Below are positions 25,501 through 36,607 of a DNA stretch of 64,000 nucleotides, in pieces. The DNA comes from Saccostrea echinata (taxonomy: Eukaryota), in NCBI RefSeq assembly GCF_033153115.1, contig NW_026889790.1, forward strand, positions 1,364,001-1,428,000, written 5' to 3'. The notes beneath the pieces are model-generated. The model was not told the origin of the DNA, ran no database searches, and worked only from the letters and a program-made list of their open reading frames with translations. The translations under genes were made by a program, and so were the position numbers. How positions within the stretch are numbered: position 1 is the first letter of the stretch; each line of letters opens with the position of its first letter.

Positions 25501-28500
25501 CCTCCGAAGCATACGCTTATCAAGCACTATGATAAAAATTAGAAACAACACAAGTATGCAATGTTTGTGTTTTTCTCTATACATGTACATAATTTAAATA
25601 TTTCTGTGCAAAAAAAAAAAGATTTTTTTCTTTCTAAATAAGTTAATATTTAAGCATTTCTTTGTGCACATTACAAATATAATGAGGACTAAAGGTGATG
25701 TAGTTAATGTTCAATAAGTTAGAACTACAGGACAATAAACCTGTACTTACAGACATGGGTTTCTTGTATACTTTCTGTAAGTAGTACCCGGGCTGTTGCG
25801 GGGGAGATTCCGGTTTCTCAGTTCCCATCGAGTCCCACGATGTCTCGTCAGCAAAGTTAACCTTGAACACTTCTGGTGATTTCACACCATTAGCGTCATC
25901 TCCAGTACGGAAGTACCCAGCACTCGGCTCAGGGAACAAATCCAGAGCAGGGAGGGATTCCAGATTGTCTGCCCTCACCATGGCATCCGGTTCCTGAAGG
26001 AATCCAGAAAATTATATTAACCAAAATCCTCCTTTTTCATTTCTCTCCTTGGTATTCATTAAAAGAGTTTAATTCTTGCAAAACCTTTAGAATTTTCTTA
26101 AGAAGTATGACTTCAGAATGTGTCAAATTTGTTATTAACTTACACTATTTGTAATGAGCTTTAAAATTACTCCAACTGTGGGTTGTGTCCCCTCGATTGT
26201 TACGATGTCTGTACCCTGTAAAATATACACTGTTCATTTCAGCTTCACTGTAAAACAACTATCAAATAATTTGTGTTCATTATGCTATACAGTTAATTTA
26301 TAAAATGTTAATTAAAAAATTAAGATTCATTTTGCTTTATATTTCTTGGAATTGAATTGTAGAATGAAGAAAATGATACAGTACATGGTGTTTTATTAAT
26401 ACTACAAGAGTGTGAAGTAAAGAGTATGTGGGGAAATGACTGGTATAGAACACAAAAAAGTACCTATATGAGAAATCAACAGCTTATAACAAAATATCAA
26501 CTTTTTATATAATTCATGTTCATACATTGTCCACCCACGAATAGTTGACTTGGCATAGCCAGCTGAACATTTGATAGGTGGGTACAGTTCCAATGGGTAG
26601 AAGCATGTGTAAAATAAAGTTTTCCTTTCATGAATCTTTACAAAATAATGCCTATATCTATATATGAGGTCAGATGGTCAGCCATTGATTTTTCATTAAC
26701 TTGTCATAATGGACATTAGCGAGTAGAATTTTTTTAAAAGGTAACTGAAAGGTTACTCCCGCTTGGTCAACTTAGTGTGGGTGGACAGTAGCTATTAACA
26801 ATGAAAAACTAAATGGACCTGGTACTAATCTACAGGGTGTGAATAAAATCTGTCATCTAACTAATTAATGACCACTGACCAATACTTTTATTATCTAAGG
26901 AGATGTTTAGTTTTCATGAACTTATGTGTCATTTACTTACACCAGGATAATCTTTGAAAACCTTTAATAAAATATTCTCAAGTATAGAATAAAAGTGCCT
27001 AATTTCTCACATCTTAACTGTCAGGGTATATAACTTCCTTTTTTTGATTTCATAAAATGGGAAAATAATAAAGTAAATATTAATTTAATACCACGACAAT
27101 TTTAATGATCAAATTACTAAACAATGAATGATTTACTGTATCATTCATGAAGCTCACTGATTATCAAGTCGTTGAGCACTCAATCAATATTACTCATTTA
27201 TTGATTTGCAAGTGACTGTTCACAGAAAAAGATGGGTTGTTCAAGTCTGATGGAAGGTGAGACGAAGCCTTTGTCTAACTTTTTACAGGTAGATTGTATA
27301 CTCTCAGTAATTTGTCTTACCTGTACTGGTCGATTGTCCTCTCCTAGCCCTGTGTTTTACCTGTACAGGAAGGTTATCTACTCTCAGTCCTTTGTCCTAC
27401 CTATGCAGGTAGATTGTCTAATTTCAGTTTTTTGTCTTACCTGTAGAGGTAGATTGTCTACTCTCAACCCTTTGTCTTACCTTTACAGGTAGATTTTCTA
27501 CTCTCGGTCCTTTGTCAAACCTGTACAGGTAAAATTTCTTCTCTCTATTCTCAGCTCTTGTCTTTCCTGTACAGGTAGATTGTCTACTCTCAATCTTTTG
27601 TCTTACCTTTACAGGTAGATTGGCTACTCTCAGTCCTTTATCAAACCTGTGCAGGTAGATTGTCTACTGTCTACTCTCAGCTCTTTGTCTAACCTGTACA
27701 GGTTCCCAGCCCTTTGTCTTACCTGTAGAGGTAGATTGTCTGCTCTCAGCCCTTTGTCTTACCTGTAGAGGTAGATTGTCTGCTCTCTGCCCTTTGTCTT
27801 ACCTGTAGAGGTAGATTGTCTGCTCTCTGCCCTTTGTCTTACCTGTAGAGGTAGATTGTCTACTCTCAGCCCTTTGTCTTACCTGTAGAGGTAGATTGTC
27901 TGCTCTCAGCCCTTTGTCTTACCTGTAGAGGTAGATTGTCTGCTCTCTGCCCTTTGTCTTACCTGTAGAGGTAGATTGTCTGCTCTCTGCCCTTTGTCTT
28001 ACCTGTAGAGGTAGATTGTCTACTCTCAGCCCTTTGTCTTACCTGTAGAGGTAGATTGTCTACTCTCAGCCCTTTGTCTTACCTGTAGAGGTAGATTGTC
28101 TACTCTCAGCCCTTTGTCTTACCTGTAGAGGTAGATTGTCTACTCTCTGCCCTTTGTCTTACCTGTAGAGGTAGATTACATTCAGCCCTTTGTCTTACCT
28201 GTAATGTTATATTATCTACTCTCAGCCCTTAGTCTTACCTGTACAGGTAGGTTATCTACTCTCAGACCTTTGACTGCATTCTCCTTTATCAGCTCCTTGT
28301 ACAAATCTTTGTCAAGCTGTAAAGCTGAGAACCCCATAGGACTCTTCACCTTCCAGAACTGATCTGTCATGGCTGGAAAAGAATATAAAATCTGTGCAGA
28401 AAAAGTCAAACAAGAATACATAGAGGATATTATTTCAGGAGTGGGACAGGATTTTTTTTTAAAATATTTTCATGGATGGGAAGCTCAGTCTCACAAAAGA

Positions 28501-31500
28501 AATAAATTCCATATCCAACTACAAAACTGTCATACAGTGAAACTTTTGTTTTACATCGTTTTACATGTTGTCTATTCCGGAATGTTGTCTAATCCAGACA
28601 ATTACTTTAGAACCAGTGGTGTCCGGATTAGACAAGTTTTACTGTAATACCCTTAGCACCACCCATCATCACCGTATGATTCACTCAGAATGTGAGCATC
28701 CTTTGATAATACTGATTTCTCTGTTTATTACATTTTCTTTGCCTCTCTCTTTTCGTAATCCAGTTCTTTCTCTATCCAGAGTTCTTGTTCCCACTACGCT
28801 CTTCTGTCAATGCTTGTCATACAAGATTCATGGAAAATTTGTAAATGGGGAAAAATTGTATTAAATTTTTTAATTATATCGTTAATCAGGATTTATGTTT
28901 TTAAATCTGTCATCCTTTTAAAGGATTTTTTCCAAGTTTTTTATAAAATTTTTACTCCGCAAAATAGTTCCTTAATAACTGAGAAAGTAAATTTGTTTTA
29001 AGTAGGGATGTCAATTTTGTCAATAATTCATATTCGAATATTCAATGCAAGTATTCGAATATATTCGAATATTCGATAAAATAAATAAAATCTGTTTAAT
29101 TTATATAATGCATCATCCTACTCTCATGAAAGGTTTAGCGTAGGTATACTTATATTGGAAGTAAAATTGTATGAAGACTTTTGTAGGTGTACAATAAGGA
29201 ATTCCATTTGATATTTGTCAATGTTTGAAATAAATAATTGATATCAATGTAGAAAAGTATAATTTTAACAAAGGAAACATGTGTATTTATAGTGGCTCCA
29301 ACTGAGGAACCAGTCGTCTTACCAAAGGCGAGATGTAGTCGTAACGGTGTACTTTTCAGATTTCAATACATGTAATGAATTACAGTTATCTGCCTAATAA
29401 GAGATATTATTATAATCTTTGATACAATGTAAACAAATATTTCCATAGACAATTTTCCTAGGTAATTAACTAATTTCCCGATAATGAATATAAAATTTAG
29501 AATTATGTACAACCCGAGATAATCATTGACAAGTAATTTACACATTTATGCTGAAATTGAGCAATATTGAATACAGACTAATTCTATCGGACATTCATTC
29601 AATGATCAATTAAATTTATTTTGAAAAGTATACTCCTTGCGTCTTTTAGACATTCTAAGAAGGTTTTCATTTTGTTGTCCTTGATTCTAGATCCGATAGT
29701 ATCTAACTAATAAAAACTATGAAAGTACGTTTTGTATTATACATAAAGCATTATTGTACAATTCATTAACACCTTGCTTAAAACAAAATACATGTAATTT
29801 AGTAGATCTATAAGATAAGAAAGTAGTGAAAGACATCAGGCAATCGAAATTGATCGTTAGTAAATTAAACAGGGATAATTCCAGCACTGTTCTAATCAAA
29901 ATTTATTAATCACAGTACTTCTTTTTACGAAATCTGAAAAACACCGAATATTCGAATCTTAAATTCATATTCGAATATCAACTCATCGAATGAATATTCG
30001 AATGTTCGAATATTCGTTGCCATCCCTAGTTTTAAGGGATTATAGTTTTAAAATAGATGATAAAATTCCATCTTTATTGATAATTACATTAACTTATTAT
30101 GATTTTAACTTTAAATTTTCAACATTTAAAACTTGTCCAAGAATCTTGTACAACAAGCACGACAGAGGTGTTGGGAGTGTTGTGGAAGACCTCATAGTTG
30201 ACTGTGACATCATAGTTGAGCAGATGTGAGACATCATAGCTAAGTGATTGTGAGGTTGAAAATTGTATACAGGGATATACAACAATTTGGAGAAACTGTT
30301 TCAGTTTTAGTCTGTGTCAGGATGATTAATACTCTCGCTCTCTTAAAATGGGGAAAAAGGCAGAGATTTACTTTTACATTGTAGTGTCAGCTCATTTGGG
30401 GACTTTAGGCTCTCAGTATGTTAAAGAGGTACAATTTTTAATCTATCAGATCATCTCAGGTTAAGGTCTTCAGGAATTATGATTTTTCCTTTTCATGTAA
30501 ATTTTCAACTTAAATTATTGGAATAAACTGAAGCTATTATTGGATCATTGACCTTGACCCTGCTTGCCTGAGTCCTGGTGGTAGTACTCTATAACTAGAG
30601 CTGCTGATGGGGTGAAGAGAGTGACCTTGACCTTGCTTACCCGAGTCCTGGTGGTAGTACTCGATCACTAGAGCTGCTGATGGGGTGAAGAGAGTGACCT
30701 TGACCTTGCTTACCTGTGTCCTGGTGGTAGTACTCTATAACTAGAGCTGCTGATGGGGTGAAGAGAGTGGCCTTGTCTCTCTCGTCACAGAACAGGTACG
30801 GGTGATTCCACACTGGCTGTACGTCAGGCTTCCCTGGCAAACTTATCTGTTAAAGGAACAATTTCTCTTTTAAATCAACATCTGCATTATTATTGCTAAT
30901 CAATTTAAAATTGAACTCCATGTTTCCAAGATAAAGAAACAAAACCTGCATGTCTCACAACCAAATGATAAAACATGAACAGGGTTTTTGAAATTATGAA
31001 TAAAAGGAAGCAATTTAAGGATCTTTCCATACTGTTTTTTTTACTGTACATGTATTATTTGTAAGGTACATGTACTATGTCATACATACCTGAGGATAGC
31101 CATGTTTAGTCCCTGGGGGAACACTGAAGGAGGCAGGGTGGGGTGAAGGAAATGAGACACTTGTCATTGTGACCCCAGCAGCACGAGGGTTAGAGATCAA
31201 GTAATTACTTCTGTAAATTAAAAATAGGGTTGTTTTATTTAAATGCAGTTAGATAAATCAGAAGATGATGATTCCTAAGACTAACCTGTAATTGTAGAAG
31301 TCAGGGACAATCCTAGCCACAGCAATAAGGGGCCCCATAGAGGTCTGTAGTGGTTTCTGGACAGCTTGAAGTAAAACCTACAAATTCACAATTACAATTT
31401 TGTATATAAAATAAAAACTTAAAATCAAAGGAAAAAAGTGAGAATTTAAGGCTTTGTGTGTACCTCTAGTCCCAGATAGTTTGGAGAAGAAGCATCTTTA

Positions 31501-34500
31501 GGGAGTTTCGACAGTTTTCTGGTTATTGAGGCAAACACTCGAACTCCATTAGGCACCCCCTTCTTTGGCTATAAAAGTATTAGTGGGAAATGTTACATAT
31601 ATGCAATATGTTTATAAATACATGAACCAAATTGCTCTCCTTGGCATCACATTGACAGCAGAAACTTTTACAAGGAATTTCTATGAACTAAAGGAGTCAA
31701 CAACCTTTTACAAAATTCTTTGAAACTTAACTTTTTTGTCCAATGTGGAGGTCTGCCTATTATTATAACTGTGTAAATTTATTTTTTTAAAAAGTCAACA
31801 TTGCATATTTCAAAAATAACTGTGAGTAGTTGAAATTCTGCTGATCTCCCTTTAAATCTAGTCTTGTAAGAGTTACTTACCTTGACCAGTTCCAGGTGAT
31901 ATTGGTGGAATGGCTGTAGTGAGTTGACAGGGATTTTGTAGTCCACTAGTTCCTGTTTAGATGGACCGTCAGCCACTGAGACCACCAGGACTGAAGAACA
32001 ACATTACAGAGTGTAACAGAGGCAGAATATTTGTCACATTTTGTACAATTTATTTTTTACAGCAAAGAAGTAGGTATGATTGGCATTTGATTTTAGATCA
32101 AAGGAACATATACATTGATCTAAAACAAATGCCAATCATACCTACAAGGAACATATACATGTATTTCCATAGCTTAAAAAATGACTTATAATCAACCTCA
32201 CCTGTTACAGTGTTACAGTTTAATTATGGTCTCACTGACCATTAAACCAGTCAATTTTTAAACATTTATTGTTATGCTTTGCTTTTTTCAAACACTTCTC
32301 TATGCATGTATATGTATATGTTTGCCTAATTGTTAATAAATCAGAAGAAACTATCTTTAAATCAATTGAAATCACAATTAAAATTTCCTCAATTCTAGAG
32401 TGATATATTTTTTCCCTTACAGAAAAAAAAATTACGGACATTCTGCTGAAAAATATATAGGAACTCGTGTTGGAATTCAATTTATATAAAAACTTTCGAA
32501 CAAAAAAAAATCTCATTAAGTAAGAGGAGACATATTCAATTTCTAATAAATTGCAGTGCAATTCAATTTATGACAGAAGACCAGTAGGGTCCCTCAGATA
32601 ATCAAACTTAAATCAATACAAACTCCTCCAAAGGCAGAGGGATTAGACTGCAAATAAATGAAACAAACAAAGGGATTCCATTCATTTTAACTGTTGTGTC
32701 ATGGAGACATTTGTAGCTTAGAGACATTAATATGCTGACTTGTCACAGACAATCTTACATCTTATGTGTTAGAGACAATCTTACTTCTTATTTGTCATAA
32801 TATGTACGAAGCAGATATTTGCTAAGTCACCTGTTGATTGAATTAGGTTTCCCTAAGACAACTGCATACATTTCATTTTCAAACACAAATAAAAAAAAAT
32901 TTAAGCCAGCTGAATTTTCTCAATCTAAATAATTATTTTCATTATAGTGGTAATTGTTTTCATGTTTAGTTGTCCTTTAATCAGTTTCTTAGATATTTTT
33001 CTTAATTGTTATATTTCTAATGATATGTCCCTCCCTGTTATCTAATCTCAAATATAACAATAGTTTGATTTCAAACTTATACATGTATTTACATGATTAC
33101 ATGTTTACATGATTACATTTTACACACAAATCATCATCAAAATTTATTAAGAAAATTTTCAAAACTGCCTGTCCCTCTTGAATCTTCCATAAATATATAG
33201 AGGATATTCAATGTTTTGTAGTTGGATATGGAATTTATTTCACGAGTGGGACGGGATTTTTTTATATTTTCACGAGTGCATTTCTGCTGGATATTCATCC
33301 CCATTGATTATATTTTTGCTGAATATTCATCTCTATGTTTATACATTTTTGCCAGTTATACATTTCCATGATTACACTTTTGCTGGATATTTATCCCCAT
33401 GATTTCACTTTTGCTGGATAATTTTTTTTATCACAATGATTTTATTTTCCCAGGATACTGATTGAGACATTAGCCTAAGGATTAAATTTTTCTAGGACAC
33501 TTACATTTATTTCTATTATTACTTACTTTTACATTTCCCCTGGATATTTTAATTTATTACCAATTGATTACATTTCCCAGAAATCTTACATTCATCTAAG
33601 TATTTACATTTTTCCATAATATGGACACACACTTCTCTGATTGCATTTCCTCTGGATATTTACATAAATCTATCTGATTACATTATTTCATTATCTGATT
33701 ACTTACATTTACCACCATGATTACATTTCCCCCCCAGGATACTTACATTCATCCCCTGCCTCTGATGAGTCCAGGGTAGTTTTGATCATCTCCTCCCAAG
33801 ATGGGGAACTTGTAGGTCTCAGAGAAGTGTGGGTCACAGAACCTTTCTGATCCTCATCCGATTTCTTCCTAAAAATAATTATTTGATTTTTTTTAGATTT
33901 TGGGCCATGTTTGTGTGTGAAATACTACAAAGAAAGCAAAAATTTTTTGTGTACAGTTAAGATGAAAATCATGCATCAAGCAATTCACTTACAAGATGAT
34001 AAAAGCTTGAGGCGTTGTGCCAGATTCTGTGTTGGGGAGACTTGAGGCTCCGTGGAAGATGACATCGATCTGTTCCTCCCCCAGCTTTGACACGTGTCTG
34101 TACGAGGACTCGGTGTGGTAGGTGTGTCTGTCCTTGTCCTCAAGAGGATCCTCCTTAACCTGAAAAATAACAATAAATTAACAAATCAACCAAAAACAAA
34201 TATTCAGTCACATTTCAAATTTAGGGCTTTAAATCTTTATCCCTTTTCTATAGAAGAGTTTAGTCCCTTACCCTTTTGTTGTCAGACAGAGGTGGGTAGG
34301 GTGGGGAGGAGGGAAGCAAAATGGATATGTTGTCCCCACCCCAGGAGCTCGTTGGTGAGGGGGGTGGTTTTGGTTTTGGGACTGGTCGGCTGGAGGGTGG
34401 TGGAGTTTGTTTCTTTTTTATTTTTTTAGGTGGTGTTTTAAGTGGTGATTTTGGTTTGGGAGCAACCACTTCTCGCAATGCATAAACACTCCGTATTCTC

Positions 34501-36607
34501 CCACAATGCATCTGAACACTGTCTGTACTGACTGTCCTTAAGAGTGACAATACATCGGTGTAGTTGTAGAAATCTTCACCAGGCTCCACATTGGCTTTGA
34601 TTTTCGGGGCATTCGGCCGAGGGTAGATAGCAAACTTTCCCTCTCCGACTTTCTTCCCCATGCCACCATTGTTTGGAAGGTTGAAGGCCTCCACAAGTAA
34701 ATACAGATCATGATTCTTGTCATTCTTACAAAATCCTGTTCAAGAAAAGAAGTCAAAAGACATTATTAGTAGGGATGTCAATTTCGTCAATAATTCATAT
34801 TCGAATATTCAATGAAAGTATTCGAATATATTCGAATGTTCGATAAAATAAATAAAATTTGTTTAATTTATATATGCATCATCCTACTCTCATGAAAGGT
34901 TTAGCGTAAGTATACTTATATTGGAAGTAAAATTGTATGAAGACTTTTGTAGGTGTACAATAAGAAATTCCATTTGATATTTGTCAATATATAATTGATT
35001 TCAATGTAGAAAAGTATAATCTTAACAAATGAAACATGTGTATTTATTAGTAGCTCCAACTGAGGAACCAGTCGTCTTACCAAAGCCAAGATATAGTTGT
35101 AACGGCTCTACTGTTCAGATTTCAATACGTGTAATATACAATTATCTGCCTAATAAGAGAATCTGATATGATTATAATCTTTGATACAATGTTTTTAAAA
35201 TATATAAACAAATATTTCCATAGACAATTTTCCTAAGTAATTAACTAATTTCCCGATAATGAATATAAAATTTAGGATTATGTACAACCGGAGATAATCA
35301 AGTAATTTACACAATTATTCTGAAATAGAGCAATATTAATTACAGACTAATTCTATCGGACATTCCTTCAATGATCAATTAAATTTATTTTGAAAAGTAT
35401 ACTCTTCGCGTCTTTTAGACATTCTAAGAAGGTTTTCATTTTGTTGTCCTCGATTCTAGATTCGATAGTATCTAACTAATAAAAAACGATGAAAGTACGT
35501 TTTGTATTATACATAAAGCATTTTTGTACAATTCTTTAACACCTTACTCAAAACAAAATAAATGTAATTTAGTATACCTATAAGATAAGAAAGTATTGAA
35601 TGAAATCAGGCAATCAAAATTGATCGCTAGTAAATTAAACAGGGATAATTCCAGCACTGTTCTAATCAAAACTTATTAATCACAGTACTTCTTTTTATGA
35701 AATCTGAAAAACACCGAATATTCGAATCTTAAATTCATATTCGAATATCAACTCATCGAATGAATATTCGAATATTCATTGCCATTCCTAATTATTAGGC
35801 TTTTAGCTTTTTTTAAGGATTGCATTGTAACAATATAGTTTCATACCAAAGTTAACATTGCAATTGGTGATATTTATCCAAAAGCTATGTAAATATTATG
35901 CAAAGAGTGAAATTAAACCAGCACTATTGTTAATGACCATAGAACAATATCAAATTCTATTTCAAACATGTATCTTTGTATTGACATTTTACTTGAAAAA
36001 TACTGCAGATCACTCAAATTTTGTTAAACCTTATTTTTGTGAGACTGTCCTTTAATTTTTATTTAATATAATGAAAACAAATTTTTCATGAAATTTGGTT
36101 ACTGCTCTATATAATCTTTAAGAGTAGAATTATAAGCAAGAATGAAATTTTCACAAGCAGACAGTCTTGCATAATTTCGCGAAAATAAAGTTCTCCTGAA
36201 TAAAAAATGATTTACAGTACGAATGAATCAATTAATTTGTTATCAATGTAAAACATAACTAAATAAAGTAACAAAAAGTTAAACACGGTTCTCTACTTGT
36301 ACAGAAATGACACCTCCTGAAACTTACCAACAGGGAGCCGGAAGGTAAATTGTTTGTCCTGAAATCTGGACAGCACTGCAGACTCCTGCTGTGTTACCAC
36401 GTCAGTTTCAGCCTCGTTCTCATTTGTGTACGGAGCACCGTAACCTTTCTGTACCTGTACCCCACTGTAGTCCTTGGTGTGTAGGCTCTGGATGGAGAGC
36501 CTAAGGAAGTATCGACCCTCATGGTTAAACTGTGCATCCTGAATGTCCACTTGGAATTCTAAAGCCTTGTCATCCACCTTAGGAAGATGGGAAGTCAGTG
36601 ATTCCAT
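16554..36607 (-). CDS. CCDC33: Coiled-coil domain-containing protein 33 (C2-like domains plus C-terminal coiled coil), multi-exon
   Basis: ATG at 36607. Phase-consistent exons include 34272-34735, 28239-~28372, 26144-26215, 20242-~20495 and 19120-~19315. The coiled coil VQKLQNELIKKNDQEKRY...KQEKVIEKMEKILE matches the recalled CCDC33 motif VQHLQNELIRKNDREK...HQEKVIEKME. The terminal exon NDKLARNSPRRLSPLYR* has its stop at 16554-16556. Confidence 0.85.
16842..16900. repeat. 20-bp tandem repeat x3
   Basis: TAGTGCATCAGRTATCACAC. Confidence 0.85.
16980..17095. repeat. ~39-40-bp tandem repeat x3
   Basis: ggtaRataactctgggMaggaactcRgtgggattt variants. Confidence 0.75.
18440..19148 (-). repeat. 36-bp minisatellite (~19 copies) made of a CCDC33 exon end plus 5' splice site
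   Basis: Unit CACAGAGACYGGGGCAAAAAGTCAACAG|gtaagtca. The real exon ends at 19120. Confidence 0.92.
19607..19695 (-). CDS. CCDC33: CCDC33 mutually exclusive exon, copy A (89 nt)
   Basis: Flanked by tttcag| and |gtacaa; encodes (A)ALKQTLQSNSGDIQAYKDKVQKLQNELIK, phase 1 to 0. Confidence 0.85.
19802..19890 (-). CDS. CCDC33: CCDC33 mutually exclusive exon, copy B (89 nt)
   Basis: Flanked by tttcag| and |gtaagc; encodes (A)ILKQTLVISSNDLKSYKERVQRLQNELIK, phase 1 to 0. Confidence 0.82.
21040..21920. mobile_element. Decayed/composite DNA transposon sequence
   Basis: CpG-richer block ending in GATCTAAGGGCAGATCACTCTAACTG and containing a Kolobok-type end at ~21586. The left boundary is uncertain. Confidence 0.4.
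22716..22860. repeat. 60-bp tandem repeat x2+
   Basis: aatttgataatgt...ctaacac...taccaataatatt occurs twice. Confidence 0.7.
24631..25233. mobile_element. PIF/Harbinger-type MITE with TTA TSD
   Basis: TTA|TGCCCTGTTCACAC ... GTGTGAACAGGGCA|TTA, with an internal 61-bp tandem duplication near the right end. Confidence 0.85.
27270..28270 (-). repeat. 40-bp minisatellite (~24 copies, ~12 near-perfect) made of a CCDC33 exon end plus 5' splice site
   Basis: Unit gtaagacaaagggCTGAGAGTAGACAATCTACCTCTACAG. The real exon ends at 28239 (...GLRVDNLPVQ|gtaagac). Confidence 0.93.
28533..28647. mobile_element. Small Tc1/mariner-type MITE
   Basis: TACAGTGAAACTT ... CCGGATTAGACAAGTTTTACTGTA. Confidence 0.6.
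29003..30028. mobile_element. Non-autonomous hAT element, copy 1 (8-bp TSD GTTTTAAG)
   Basis: TIR TAGGGATG...CATCCCTA, subterminal (CGAATATT)n, and TSD at 28995-29002 and 30029-30036. Confidence 0.92.
30548..30775 (-). repeat. 73-bp tandem repeat (~2.5-3 copies) of a CCDC33 exon end plus 5' splice site
   Basis: ctgctgatggggtgaagagagtg recurs at 30601, 30674 and 30747. The donors read gtaagc, gtaagc and gcaagc. Confidence 0.9.
32070..32160. other. ~31-bp stem hairpin with its loop duplicated downstream
   Basis: GTAGGTATGATTGGCATTTGATTTTAGATCAA pairs with TTGATCTAAAA-CAAATGCCAATCATACCTAC. AAGGAACATATACAT occurs both in the loop and at 32146-32160. Confidence 0.85.
33280..33757 (-). repeat. 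Highly decayed ~35-40-bp array derived from a CCDC33 exon end plus 5' splice site
   Basis: The junction GGGGATGAAT|gtaagtatcctggg...aaatgtaatcat is echoed as gatgaatgtaagatttctggg, ataaatgtaagtgtcct and ggggatgaatatccagc. Confidence 0.65.
34770..35790. mobile_element. Non-autonomous hAT element, copy 2 (8-bp TSD ATTATTAG)
   Basis: Colinear with copy 1 over ~1 kb. TSD at 34762-34769 and 35791-35798. Confidence 0.92.

Noticed and set aside
27210-27270. Segment shared with ~42088-42145 as a conserved regulatory element
   Set aside because: It is more simply a fragment of a dispersed repeat, and there is no further evidence.
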